Origin: an uncultured Pelagibacteraceae bacterium
GTDB lineage: Bacteria; Pseudomonadota; Alphaproteobacteria; Pelagibacterales; Pelagibacteraceae
DNA length: 64,000 bases
Reading direction: 5' to 3'
Assembly (NCBI GenBank): GCA_902628275.1
Contig: CACOMI010000001.1
Span: 23,226-87,225, forward strand
Shown here in pieces: positions 49,146-59,289 of the stretch (the stretch's first letter is position 1; the number at the start of each line of letters is the position of its first letter). Both the position numbers and the translations under genes were made by a program. The notes under the pieces were generated by a model. The model saw only the letters and a program-made list of their open reading frames with translations, was not told where the DNA came from and searched no databases.

Positions 49146-49466
49146 ATGCCAGTTCAGAAAGCAAAATTTTCAATTGGAGAAATTGTTAAGCATAAACACT
49201 TTGAATTTAGAGGTGTGATTTATGACGTTGATTTTGAATTTAATAATTCAGAAGAATGGTATCAATCAATACCGAAAAACGTAAGGCCAAGGAAAGATCA
49301 GCCATTTTATCATTTATTAGCAGAAAATGATGAGATAACTTATGAAGCTTATGTATCAGAGCAAAATTTACTTTTGGACGATTCTGGAGAGCCGATAAAA
49401 CACCCCTTAATTGAGGAGATTTTTTCTGGAAAAAAAGGATCTAGTTATTTTAAGCCTTCTAACTAA
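49146..49466 (+). CDS. hspQ: Heat shock protein HspQ
   Basis: KFSIG, FRGVIYDVD, RPRKDQPFYHLLAE, AYVSEQNL. Confidence 0.93.
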   Translation: MPVQKAKFSIGEIVKHKHFEFRGVIYDVDFEFNNSEEWYQSIPKNVRPRKDQPFYHLLAENDEITYEAYVSEQNLLLDDSGEPIKHPLIEEIFSGKKGSSYFKPSN

Positions 49467-49508
49467 GACAATCACTATTCAAACACATTTAGTTCAAATC
49501 TAGGCCAT

Positions 49509-49598
49509 ATAAAATATCTATATTTTATGCATATTCTGGTCAAGAGTGTTAACGTTAATTTTAATATTATTATCTCCCCTCTGCATTCTTGATCAGAA
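49509..49598 (+). ncRNA. Candidate structured RNA (sRNA or 5'/3' UTR element)
   Basis: 15-bp stem 49534-49548/49584-49598, complete only with G-U pairs on the + strand; loop contains TCTCCCCTC; preceded by a small hairpin. Confidence 0.4.
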
Positions 49599-49644
49599 AA
49601 CTATTTAGTAATAGAAATCTCAAAAAAAAATTCTAAATTAAGAT

Positions 49645-50352
49645 ATGTTTAAACTTTTTGAACCAAACAAGATTTTTAAAATTACATCAAGGGCAACCAA
49701 ATATGTTTTATTTTTGTTTATTGTGGTATTAAGTGTTGGTTTATTAGAAGCATTAGTCTTATCACCTGAAGATTATAAACAGAGTGACGCAGTTAGAATT
49801 ATGTATGTTCATGTACCTGCTGCATGGATTTCTCTTGGTATATTTTCATCTATAACTTTTTTTTCTATTTGCGGTTTTATATTTAAAAATAAAAACTTTT
49901 TTTTAATTTCAAAAAGCTTAGCTCCTTCAGGATTTGTTTTTAATATTATTGCATTAGTCACCGGTTCAATATGGGGCAAACCAACTTGGGGAACATGGTG
50001 GGCTTGGGATGCTAGGATTACTTCCATGTTAATTTTAGTATTATTCTATGCGATGTATATAATTGTTTGGAGAATTTATGATAAGGAAGAAAAAGTTTAT
50101 AGAATTTCAACATTTATAACTATTTTAGGAATAATAAATGTTCCAATAATTAAATACTCTGTCGATTGGTGGAATACACTACATCAACCAGCATCTATTA
50201 ATATTTTGTCTAAAAGCTCAATTCATTCATCAATGTTGTACCCGTTATTGATAATGACTGCGGCATTTACTCTTTTTTCGTTGTTAATTTTCTTAATGAA
50301 ATATAATACAGAACTGATAAAAATTAAGAATAAAGGCTTAGATAGATTATAA
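49645..50352 (+). CDS. ccmC: Heme exporter protein C
   Basis: YVHVPAAW, WGKPTWGTWWAWDAR (WWD domain), WWNTLHQ. Confidence 0.96.
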   Translation: MFKLFEPNKIFKITSRATKYVLFLFIVVLSVGLLEALVLSPEDYKQSDAVRIMYVHVPAAWISLGIFSSITFFSICGFIFKNKNFFLISKSLAPSGFVFNIIALVTGSIWGKPTWGTWWAWDARITSMLILVLFYAMYIIVWRIYDKEEKVYRISTFITILGIINVPIIKYSVDWWNTLHQPASINILSKSSIHSSMLYPLLIMTAAFTLFSLLIFLMKYNTELIKIKNKGLDRL

Positions 50353-50576
50353 TGAATGAAATACTTTTTATGAATGGATATGGGGTGTATGTGTTGTCTG
50401 CATTCAGCTTTACTCTTTTAAGTTTTCTAGGTTTATATCTGGTAACTAAAATGCAATTTGTTAAAGAAAAAAACAAGTTTATTACTAAATTTGGAACGCT
50501 TACTACTGAGCAAGCTAATTTTGCAAAATTACAAAGAATAAATAAAGAGATTTTATCAAAAGTAACAAATAATTAA
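50352..50576 (+). CDS. ccmD: Heme exporter protein D
   Basis: MNGYGVYV followed by a single TM; lies between ccmC and ccmE. Confidence 0.8.
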   Translation: MNEILFMNGYGVYVLSAFSFTLLSFLGLYLVTKMQFVKEKNKFITKFGTLTTEQANFAKLQRINKEILSKVTNN

Positions 50577-50586
50577 CTTTTAAGAC

Positions 50587-51006
50587 ATGTATGGTCGAAA
50601 GGTTAAATTAAGATTTTGGTTTATAGTACTCATTTTAATTACGTTAATTTTAACAACATTTCTAATTTTAAAATCTTTAGAGGAAAATGTTATATATTTT
50701 CAATCACCTACAGAGATAAAATCAATTGCAGAAATAGATAAAAATAAAATAAGAGTTGGAGGCATGGTTAAAAAAAATTCAATTTATATTAATTCAAAAG
50801 AAGTTAACTTCATAATTACAGATTTTAAAAATGAAATTAATGTTATTTATTCAGGAGCAGTTCCAAATTTATTTGCTGAAGGAAAAGGCGTCGTTGTAGA
50901 GGGCTTTTTAAAAGATAGAAATTTTTTTTCTGCTACAAAAATTTTAGCTAAGCATGATGAAAATTATATGCCACCAGAGGTAAAAGAAGCATTGGGAGAA
51001 AAATAA
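50587..51006 (+). CDS. ccmE: Heme chaperone CcmE
   Basis: [25 protein letters not shown]. Confidence 0.96.
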   Translation: MYGRKVKLRFWFIVLILITLILTTFLILKSLEENVIYFQSPTEIKSIAEIDKNKIRVGGMVKKNSIYINSKEVNFIITDFKNEINVIYSGAVPNLFAEGKGVVVEGFLKDRNFFSATKILAKHDENYMPPEVKEALGEK

Positions 51007-51007
51007 A

Positions 51008-52882
51008 TTGATCTATAGTCTCGTTGGATATTATTCACTATTATTAGGGTTAGTAATAGGATTATCTTTATTTTATTTTTCATATAAAAATTTTCATAAT
51101 ACAAAAATACTAGATACCAAAATATTATCTTTAACATTTTTACAATTGTTTTTTGTAGTAATTAGTTTTTTGTGTTTAATTCTATCTTTTATTTTTTCAG
51201 ATTTTAGCAATGAGACAGTATTTAACAATTCTCATTCCACTAAACCATTATTTTATAAAATTAGTGGAACTTGGGGAAATCATGAGGGTAGCTTATTGTT
51301 ATGGCTATTTGTTTTAACTTTATTTATTTTCTTATTTTTGGTTAAGACTAAAAATCAACCAGTAAAGTACAAAATTTTAACTTTAGTTTTCCAACAAATA
51401 ATAATAGTTGGTTTCTTTTTATTTTTAATCAAAACATCTAATCCATTTAATTATATTTTCCCTATACCCATCGAAGGTCTTGGATTAAATCCAATTTTAC
51501 AAGACCCAGCTTTAGCAATTCACCCACCTATTTTATATTTAGGTTATGTTGGATCTTCAATTATTTTCTCTTCCGTTCTAGCTGCAACAAGTTTAAATAT
51601 TATTTCTAATAATTGGGCATTACATATAAAAAAATGGATTTTAATTTCGTGGATATTTTTAACAATTGGAATTTTGCTTGGATCGATTTGGGCTTATTAT
51701 GAATTAGGCTGGGGAGGTTTTTGGTTTTGGGATCCAGTAGAGAATATTTCTTTAATGCCTTGGCTTGCATTAACTACACTTTTGCATTGTATTTTGGTAT
51801 TAGAAAAAAAATCTATTTTAACATCATGGGTAATAATTCTGTCAATAGCAACTTTCACGCTAAGTATGTGTGGAACATTTTTAGTAAGATCGGGAATTTT
51901 GAATTCAGTTCATACATTTGCTAACGATCCTGAAAGAGGTCTATTTATATTAATATTTTTGTTTATTTTAATTTTTTTATCTATTTTAATTTTTTTCTTT
52001 TTTCATAAAGATGATCAAAAAAAATCTTATGAGATTCTATTTTTGAGTAAAGAATCATCAATTTTAATTAATAACTGGTTTATGATGTACTTTTTATCAG
52101 TTGTGTTAATTGGTACTGTATATCCAATTTTTTTAGATGTAATTTCATCTCAAAAAATATCAGTTGGACCTCCATTTTATCATAAATTAATAATCCCTTT
52201 TTTAATTCCATTTTTATTAATGATGGCGATTGGTCCAAAATTCAAATGGATAAAATCTCAGTTAGATGACAAAATATATCTAATTTCTTTTTTAATAATC
52301 TCGATTTTATTATCATTTTTAATATTAAAAAATTTTAATCAAAGCATTTTAATTAATACCATTTTAATATCGAGTGCTCTTTACCTTTTTTTCATAACTT
52401 TGAGAGATTTTTTTATGAAAAAATATAAAAATATTTCTCAAAATATAGCTCACTTTGGTTTTAGTTTATTAATATTAAGCATCTTATTTAACAACTTATT
52501 TTCTAGTGAAATAATAACCAATCTCAAAGTTGGTGAAACTTTTGAAAATTCAAAAACCAAGATAGTGTTTGAGAGTATTGATCAGAAAAAAGAACAAAAT
52601 TATAATGCTATAATTGCAAATTTTTTCATAAGTAATTCGAAAGGTGAAAAAGAAAGACTATCACCAGAGTTGAGAATTTATAATCAACCTGTAATTGCTA
52701 CCAGTGAAGCTGATATTAAGACAACTTTGATGTCAGATAAATTTATTGTAATTAATCTGGTTCAAAATCAAGATTTTTTTAATGTAAGATATCAAGTTAA
52801 ACCATTTATGTTGTGGATCTGGTTGTCTGTAATACTTATATCTTTTGGTGGAATTATTAGTTTTTTACAAAAAAGATCATGA
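51008..52882 (+). CDS. ccmF: Cytochrome c heme lyase CcmF
   Basis: WGNHEGS, HPP, WAYYELGWGGFWFWDPVEN, SVHTFA; TTG start. Confidence 0.96.
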   Translation: MIYSLVGYYSLLLGLVIGLSLFYFSYKNFHNTKILDTKILSLTFLQLFFVVISFLCLILSFIFSDFSNETVFNNSHSTKPLFYKISGTWGNHEGSLLLWLFVLTLFIFLFLVKTKNQPVKYKILTLVFQQIIIVGFFLFLIKTSNPFNYIFPIPIEGLGLNPILQDPALAIHPPILYLGYVGSSIIFSSVLAATSLNIISNNWALHIKKWILISWIFLTIGILLGSIWAYYELGWGGFWFWDPVENISLMPWLALTTLLHCILVLEKKSILTSWVIILSIATFTLSMCGTFLVRSGILNSVHTFANDPERGLFILIFLFILIFLSILIFFFFHKDDQKKSYEILFLSKESSILINNWFMMYFLSVVLIGTVYPIFLDVISSQKISVGPPFYHKLIIPFLIPFLLMMAIGPKFKWIKSQLDDKIYLISFLIISILLSFLILKNFNQSILINTILISSALYLFFITLRDFFMKKYKNISQNIAHFGFSLLILSILFNNLFSSEIITNLKVGETFENSKTKIVFESIDQKKEQNYNAIIANFFISNSKGEKERLSPELRIYNQPVIATSEADIKTTLMSDKFIVINLVQNQDFFNVRYQVKPFMLWIWLSVILISFGGIISFLQKRS

Positions 52883-53397
52883 AAAATAAAATATTACCTT
52901 TTTCTATAGTCTTAGTATTTGGAATTATATTTTATATTTTTTATAAAGGCTTAGAAGAATCAAATATTTATGCTCCAAATATTAATAAACAAAATAAAAT
53001 ACCAGTTTTTATTACTAAAGATTTTAATTCTGGAGAAAGTATGAAATCTTCAAGTATCTTTAAGCTAGATAAAATTTATCTATTAAATATTTGGTCATCA
53101 TGGTGTGTGCCATGTCGTAAAGAGCATCCGTTATTAATGAGTTTAAATTTAGAGAATAAAATAAATATTATAGGAATGAATTATAAAGATAATGATAAAA
53201 ATGCTGAGAATTTTTTAAATGAATTAGGTAACCCATATAAACAAATATTTACCGATATAGATGGCACTATTGCAATCGAGTGGGGAGCTTACGGAGTTCC
53301 TGAGTCTTTTATAATTCAAAATAATAAAATTATTAAAAAATATATTGGACCTCTAAATCAGAAATTAATTGAAGAAATAAAATTGTTGATAAAATGA
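52879..53397 (+). CDS. ccmG: Thiol:disulfide interchange protein CcmG/DsbE
   Basis: WSSWCVPCRKEH, YGVPES. Confidence 0.93.
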   Translation: MKNKILPFSIVLVFGIIFYIFYKGLEESNIYAPNINKQNKIPVFITKDFNSGESMKSSSIFKLDKIYLLNIWSSWCVPCRKEHPLLMSLNLENKINIIGMNYKDNDKNAENFLNELGNPYKQIFTDIDGTIAIEWGAYGVPESFIIQNNKIIKKYIGPLNQKLIEEIKLLIK

Positions 53398-53756
53398 AAG
53401 TTTTACAATTTTTTTTAATTATTTTTTTATTATTTCCTTCGAATATTATTAAAGCTGAGGAATTAGATCAAAGAAATAAAATAACAAAAAATTTACGATG
53501 TCTCATTTGCCAAGGTCAGTCCGTTTATGACTCAGACTCTGAGTTTGCTAATAGTTTAAAAATTTTAGTAGATAAAAAACTTGAAGAAGGATTTTCTGAG
53601 GATCAAATTTATGCATTTCTTAAGAGTAAATACGGAGAATGGATTCTTTATGATCCTGAATTAAATAAAAATACATATATTCTCTGGCTATTGCCATTAT
53701 TGATCTTTTTAATCGGAGGTGCAATAATCTATAAAAATTTTATATTAAGAAAGTAA
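53394..53756 (+). CDS. ccmH: Cytochrome c biogenesis protein CcmH
   Basis: LRCLICQGQS, YGEWILYDP. Confidence 0.93.
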   Translation: MKVLQFFLIIFLLFPSNIIKAEELDQRNKITKNLRCLICQGQSVYDSDSEFANSLKILVDKKLEEGFSEDQIYAFLKSKYGEWILYDPELNKNTYILWLLPLLIFLIGGAIIYKNFILRK

Positions 53757-53767
53757 ATTAATCTGTT

Positions 53768-54280
53768 ATGAATTTAAAAAAAATTATAATAAACTTGATA
53801 ATAGTATTATTTACTTTTTCTTCAAATGCCGAAGAAAAAATATCAAATGATCAGAACACCGAATTTAATGTTTACACTGGAATGTTCGATTTTAGTGATG
53901 ATGGAAAAAGATCGGCTTTAATAGGTTTCGAACATCAAAATGAGGATTTAAATAGAGATACTTTTTTTGGTAATCTTTCACCAATTACTGGATTAATGAT
54001 TACTGAAGATAATGCAGGTTACATTTATACTGGTGTGCAAGGACAATATAAAATTGGATCTATAAATTTTAATCCAAGTTTTGCTCCTGGATTATATCAT
54101 GAGGGGGATGGTAAAGATTTGGGTCATATTCTTGAATTTAAAAGTGAGTTACAATTCTCTTTGGATCTCTCAAATAATAGCCATTTAGGTTTTTCTTATA
54201 ACCATATATCAAATGCAAGTTTAGGAGATAAAAATCCTGGGGCAAATAGTTATATGTTTAATTTCTTCAAAAACTTCTAA
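53768..54280 (+). CDS. PagL-like lipid A 3-O-deacylase (acyloxyacyl hydrolase) beta-barrel
   Basis: Signal peptide, EFKS, HISNASLGDKNPG, terminal Phe. Confidence 0.82.
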   Translation: MNLKKIIINLIIVLFTFSSNAEEKISNDQNTEFNVYTGMFDFSDDGKRSALIGFEHQNEDLNRDTFFGNLSPITGLMITEDNAGYIYTGVQGQYKIGSINFNPSFAPGLYHEGDGKDLGHILEFKSELQFSLDLSNNSHLGFSYNHISNASLGDKNPGANSYMFNFFKNF

Positions 54281-54289
54281 ACAAGAATT

Positions 54290-55441
54290 ATGAATTTAAA
54301 AGATTGTCATAATTTTAGTGATTTTAGAAAATTAGCTAAAAAAAAATTACCATCCCCAATATTTCATTATATTGATGGTGCCGCAGATGATGAAATTACT
54401 TATGCTAGAAACACAAGTGCATTTGATGACGTTGATTTAGTTCCAAATGTTTTAAGAGGTGTAGAAAATGTTGATTTATCAACAACGATATTTGGAAAGA
54501 AATTAGATTTACCTTTTTATTTATCACCTACCGCCTTACAGAGATTGTTTCATTATGATGGTGAAAGAGCTGTAGGTAAAGCGGCTAAAAAATATAATAC
54601 AATGTTTGGGGTGTCGGCTCTAGCAACAGTAAGTGTGGAGGAAATTTCCTCTCTTGTTGATACGCCAAAAATGTTTCAGTTTTATTTTCATAAAGATAGA
54701 GGGCTTAATGATTCATGCTTAGAAAGAGCTAAAGCAGCTAAGTTTGATGTCATGGCTCTAACGGTAGATACAATTACAGGCGGAAACAGAGAAAGAGATT
54801 TGAGAACAGGGTTTACATCACCACCTAAATTAACACTCTCAAGTTTATTTAGTTTTGCCACAAAGCCAATGTGGGGAATTAACTATTTAACAAAAGGTAA
54901 GTTTGAGTTACCTCATCTTCAAGATTTTGTAAAAGAGGGTACGAGCACAAACTCTTCAATTGGAAATTATTTCTCTACAATGCTAGATCAGTCAATGAAT
55001 TGGAAAGATGCTGAACAACTTTGTTCTAAATGGGGAGGTCATTTTGCTTTAAAAGGAGTTATGAGTGTTGAAGATGCTAAGAGGGCAGTAGATATAGGGT
55101 GCACAGGTATAATGGTTTCAAACCACGGTGGAAGACAACTTGATGGATCAAGGTCACCTTTTGATCAACTTGCTGAAATCGTTGATGCTGTTGGTGACAA
55201 GTTAGATGTAATCTGTGAGGGGGGGATCCATAGAGGTACTCACATGCTTAAAGCATTATCATTAGGCGCAAAAGCATGTTCTGGTGGTAGACTTTATTTA
55301 TATGCTTTAGCAGCAGCTGGACAAGCAGGTGTTGAAAGGGCTTTAGAGAAGTATAAATCTGAATTAGTAAGAGATATGAAGTTAATGGGCTGCACTAAAA
55401 TTAGTGATTTAAATAGAAGTAATTTAAGATTTAGAAAATAA
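54290..55441 (+). CDS. FMN-dependent alpha-hydroxy acid oxidase/dehydrogenase (LldD-like), copy 1
   Basis: YIDGAA, LTVD, LKG, SNHGGRQLD. Confidence 0.92.
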   Translation: MNLKDCHNFSDFRKLAKKKLPSPIFHYIDGAADDEITYARNTSAFDDVDLVPNVLRGVENVDLSTTIFGKKLDLPFYLSPTALQRLFHYDGERAVGKAAKKYNTMFGVSALATVSVEEISSLVDTPKMFQFYFHKDRGLNDSCLERAKAAKFDVMALTVDTITGGNRERDLRTGFTSPPKLTLSSLFSFATKPMWGINYLTKGKFELPHLQDFVKEGTSTNSSIGNYFSTMLDQSMNWKDAEQLCSKWGGHFALKGVMSVEDAKRAVDIGCTGIMVSNHGGRQLDGSRSPFDQLAEIVDAVGDKLDVICEGGIHRGTHMLKALSLGAKACSGGRLYLYALAAAGQAGVERALEKYKSELVRDMKLMGCTKISDLNRSNLRFRK

Positions 55442-55446
55442 TAATA

Positions 55447-56598
55447 ATGAATATTAATGATTGTTACAATTTTGAAGACTTTAGAAAATTAGCCAAAAAA
55501 AAATTACCAGCTCCTATCTTTCATTACATTGATGGTGGCGCAGATGATGAAGTTACATTAAATAGAAATACTGAAGCGTTTAATAATTGTGACTTAGTTC
55601 CAAATATCCTTAACAGTGTCGGTGAGCCAGATTTATCAACTACAGTGTTTGGTAGAAAAATTAGTATGCCACTATTTTTATCACCTACAGCTATGCAGAG
55701 TTTGTATGATCCGGAGGGTGATAAAGCATCTGCAAGAGCTGCTGAAAAGTTTGATACTATTTATAGCATGTCTACTATGGCCTCCTTTTCGATTGAGGAA
55801 GTGGCAAATATTTCAAGTGGTCCTAAACTTTTTCAACTTTATATTCATAAAGATAAATCAATTACAGATGATTTGATTGAAAGATGTTCTAGAGCAAATT
55901 TCGATGGAATGTGTATTACAGTTGATACACTTGTAGCAGGTAATCGTGAACGTGATCATAGGACTGGTTTTACTACACCACCAAAATTTACTCTCGATAG
56001 TTTATTAAGTTTTGCAATGAGACCAGCATGGGTTTTTAAATATTTTACTAATAAAAAATTTGAATTGGCCAACATTAAGAATAAGACAGACAAGGGTACC
56101 AATATTGCAAAATCAGTAATGGATTATATTAATGAGCAATATGATCCTGCAATGAATTGGAAAGATGCTGAATACTGTATAAAAAAATGGAACAAACCAA
56201 TGGCATTAAAAGGCGTTATGTCTGTTGAAGATGCTAAGAAAGCTATAGATATTGGCTGCACAGCAATAATGATTTCAAATCATGGTGGAAGACAGCTAGA
56301 TGGATCTAGATCTCCTTTTGATCAGGTTAAAGCAATTTCAGATGCAGTAGGAGATAAATTAGAAATTATTTTAGATGGTGGGGTTAGAAGAGGAACACAT
56401 GTGTTAAAGGCATTAGCAGCAGGGGCAACAGCATGTAGTTTTGGAAAAGCATTTCTTTTTAGCTTAGGAGCTGGTGGACAAAAAGGAGTAGAAAGATTGC
56501 TGAAAAATATGCATAAAGAAATTAGACGAAATATGGTACTTATGGGTTGTAAGTCTGTTAAGGATCTTGATGCGTCAAAAATAATATATAGAAACTAA
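55447..56598 (+). CDS. FMN-dependent alpha-hydroxy acid oxidase/dehydrogenase (LldD-like), copy 2
   Basis: YIDGGA, ITVD, LKG, SNHGGRQLD, DGGVRRG. Confidence 0.92.
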   Translation: MNINDCYNFEDFRKLAKKKLPAPIFHYIDGGADDEVTLNRNTEAFNNCDLVPNILNSVGEPDLSTTVFGRKISMPLFLSPTAMQSLYDPEGDKASARAAEKFDTIYSMSTMASFSIEEVANISSGPKLFQLYIHKDKSITDDLIERCSRANFDGMCITVDTLVAGNRERDHRTGFTTPPKFTLDSLLSFAMRPAWVFKYFTNKKFELANIKNKTDKGTNIAKSVMDYINEQYDPAMNWKDAEYCIKKWNKPMALKGVMSVEDAKKAIDIGCTAIMISNHGGRQLDGSRSPFDQVKAISDAVGDKLEIILDGGVRRGTHVLKALAAGATACSFGKAFLFSLGAGGQKGVERLLKNMHKEIRRNMVLMGCKSVKDLDASKIIYRN

Positions 56599-56702
56599 AT
56601 TCTCTTAATTTAGGCTAATTATCATTAATTATAACGAAATTTATTTTGAAAACAGAATAGACAAAAAAGTATTTTTCGTTTAGTTTTGCGATTTTATTTA
56701 TT

Positions 56703-57869
56703 ATGAAATTAGCAGAGTCACTAAATAGATTAGGAACAGAAAGTGCTTTCTCAGTTTTAGCAGAAGCAAAAAAACTTGAGGCTCAAGGTAACCCAATGAT
56801 TCATTTGGGATTGGGTCAACCTGATTTTAAAACTCCAAAACATGTAGTTGAGGCAGCTAAAAAAGCCTTAGACGATGGTCATCATGGTTATGTTATGTCT
56901 AATGGTATACCGGAGTGTAGACAAGCGGTATCAAGATGGATCAAAAAAAGATACAATGCTGATGTAGATTTTGAAAGAATTCTTATTATGCCAGGTGGTA
57001 AGCCGACAATGCACTATGCAATACAATGTTTTGGCGAGCCGGGTGCAGAAATAATTCATCCTACGCCTGCATTCCCAATTTATGAGTCCATGATTAATTA
57101 TACTGGATCAACACCAGTTCCTTATGATTTAACAGAGGATAAAGATTTAAAATTTAATGCAGATAAGATATTATCATTAATTACTGACAAAACTAGATTA
57201 TTAATTTTAATTAATCCAAATAATCCAACGGGAAGTTTTGTTGAAAAACCAGAGATTGATAAGTTAGCAGAGGGATTAAAGAAACATCCTCACGTAACAA
57301 TACTAAGTGATGAGATTTATAGTAGACAAATATTTGATGGAAAAGAAATGCCAACTTTTTTTAATTATCCTGAGTTAAGAGATAGATTAATTGTACTAGA
57401 AGGTTGGAGCAAAGCTTATTCGATGACAGGATGGAGATTAGGTTGGAGTTTTTGGCCAGAGCATTTGGTAGAGCACGTAAATAAATTACTCATTAACAGT
57501 GTTTCATGCGTAAATGCAGCAGCACAATTTGCTGGTATTGCAGCGCTTGATGGACCAGATGACTCAATTCATGCAATGATGGAAAAATTTACACAAAGAA
57601 GAAAATTAATTCATGAGGGCTTAAATAGTTTACCAGGCGTTGAATGCAGTTTACCTGGAGGTGCTTTTTATGCATTTCCTAAAGTAATAGGTACTGGAAT
57701 GAATGGTGTAGAATTTTGTAAAAAAGCAATGCACGAAGCAGGGGTGGCAATAGTGCCGGGAACAGCTTTTGGAAAAACTTGTAATGATTATGTAAGATTT
57801 AGTTTTGCTGCTTCCCAAGATAATATTTCTAATGCATTAGAAAATATTAAAAAAATGCTTACTAAATAA
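56703..57869 (+). CDS. PLP-dependent class I aminotransferase (aspartate aminotransferase-like)
   Basis: GQPDF, NPNNPTG, SDEIY, SKAYSMTGWRLG. Confidence 0.92.
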   Translation: MKLAESLNRLGTESAFSVLAEAKKLEAQGNPMIHLGLGQPDFKTPKHVVEAAKKALDDGHHGYVMSNGIPECRQAVSRWIKKRYNADVDFERILIMPGGKPTMHYAIQCFGEPGAEIIHPTPAFPIYESMINYTGSTPVPYDLTEDKDLKFNADKILSLITDKTRLLILINPNNPTGSFVEKPEIDKLAEGLKKHPHVTILSDEIYSRQIFDGKEMPTFFNYPELRDRLIVLEGWSKAYSMTGWRLGWSFWPEHLVEHVNKLLINSVSCVNAAAQFAGIAALDGPDDSIHAMMEKFTQRRKLIHEGLNSLPGVECSLPGGAFYAFPKVIGTGMNGVEFCKKAMHEAGVAIVPGTAFGKTCNDYVRFSFAASQDNISNALENIKKMLTK

Positions 57870-57905
57870 GCTGTATTTTACTAAAATTTTTATTAATATA
57901 ATTAT

Positions 57906-59279
57906 ATGAATGAACAAGTTCACACTGAATTAAAAAAGATTTTTAATGGGAGATTTTCAACATCTGAGTCTACCAGAGCAAATTATGCTAGAGGAGAGGA
58001 TACTTATGAACCTGTCCTTTCAAAAGCAGTAGTTTTTCCTGAAACTAATGAAGAAGTATCTCAAATATTAAAGATATGTAATGATAATAAAATACCCGTA
58101 GTTCCTTTTGGAACAGGAACATCCTTGGAGGGAAATGCTGTTGGTAACTCAAATGGTATTACAATTTCTTTAGAAAAAATGAATAAAGTTCTCTCAGTTA
58201 ATGCTGAAGATTTTGATTGTAGAGTGCAAGCAAACGTCACGCGAAAACAATTAAATGAATATTTAAGAGAGGATGGTGTTTTTTTTCCAATTGATCCTGG
58301 AGCAGACGCTGCATTAGGTGGAATGGCATCTACCTCAGCTTCTGGGACTATGGCTGTTAAATACGGAACAATGAGAACTGTAATTTCAGGTTTAACAGTT
58401 GTTCTGCCAAATGGAGACATTATAAAAACAGGTTCGAGAACAAAAAAAACCTCAGCAGGTTATAATTTGACAAATTTATTTATTGGTTCAGAGGGAACTC
58501 TTGGAATCATTACAGAAGTTCAAGTTAGATTGTCACCAATACCTGAGAGTATAATGAGTGCAGTATGTTATTTCCCAGATTTAGACTCAGCAGTAAAAAC
58601 TGCACAAGAAGTTATTCAATATGGTGTTCCCATTGCAAGAATTGAAATGTTAAATAAAGATCAGATGGAAATTAGTATTAAATATTCAAAATTAGATAAT
58701 ATTAAAGCTTCACCAACATTATTTTTTGAATTTCATGGAAGCGAAACTACAAATAATGAAGCAATAAGTATTGTAGAAGAACTATCTAAAAATAATAATG
58801 GAAGCGATTTTCAATGGGCATCTTCACCTGAAGAGCAAAAAAAACTATGGAAAGCAAGACACGACGTTTATTATTCAGTCAAGGCATTGGGTAAAAACAT
58901 GAAAGTTTACTCAACGGATGTTTGTGTACCTATTTCAAAATTAGTTGAGTGCATTTCTTGGGCAGAAAAAGAAGTTAAAAAACTAGGTCTAACTGCTCCA
59001 ATGGTTGGTCATGTTGGTGATGGAAATTTTCATTCAATTATTTTGTATGATCCAAATGATAAAGAAAAACAAAAAAAAATAAGACAATATAGTGATGATT
59101 TAATTAGTAAAGCTTTAGAATTAGAGGGAACAATTACTGGTGAGCATGGAATAGGATTGCAAAAAAAACATTATCTTTTAAAAGAACATCTTGATAACCT
59201 TCCAGTTATGAAGGCAATTAAGAGAAGTCTAGATACAAATAATATTATGAATCCTGGCAAAGTCTTTGATTTAAATTAA
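57906..59279 (+). CDS. FAD-linked 2-hydroxyacid oxidase (D-lactate dehydrogenase/GlcD family)
   Basis: GTGTSLEG, DPGA, GSEGTLG, GHVGDGNFH, GEHGIG, MNPGK. Confidence 0.9.
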   Translation: MNEQVHTELKKIFNGRFSTSESTRANYARGEDTYEPVLSKAVVFPETNEEVSQILKICNDNKIPVVPFGTGTSLEGNAVGNSNGITISLEKMNKVLSVNAEDFDCRVQANVTRKQLNEYLREDGVFFPIDPGADAALGGMASTSASGTMAVKYGTMRTVISGLTVVLPNGDIIKTGSRTKKTSAGYNLTNLFIGSEGTLGIITEVQVRLSPIPESIMSAVCYFPDLDSAVKTAQEVIQYGVPIARIEMLNKDQMEISIKYSKLDNIKASPTLFFEFHGSETTNNEAISIVEELSKNNNGSDFQWASSPEEQKKLWKARHDVYYSVKALGKNMKVYSTDVCVPISKLVECISWAEKEVKKLGLTAPMVGHVGDGNFHSIILYDPNDKEKQKKIRQYSDDLISKALELEGTITGEHGIGLQKKHYLLKEHLDNLPVMKAIKRSLDTNNIMNPGKVFDLN

Positions 59280-59289
59280 TAAAAAAAAT

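Noticed and set aside
49518-49586. 22-codon minus-strand ORF in the hspQ-ccmC spacer
   Set aside because: The purine-rich SD-like tract lies inside the ORF rather than before it; G-U pairing favours a + strand RNA
49645-53756. ccm operon lacking ccmA, ccmB and ccmI
   Set aside because: Split ccm loci are normal in alphaproteobacteria; the missing genes may lie outside the window
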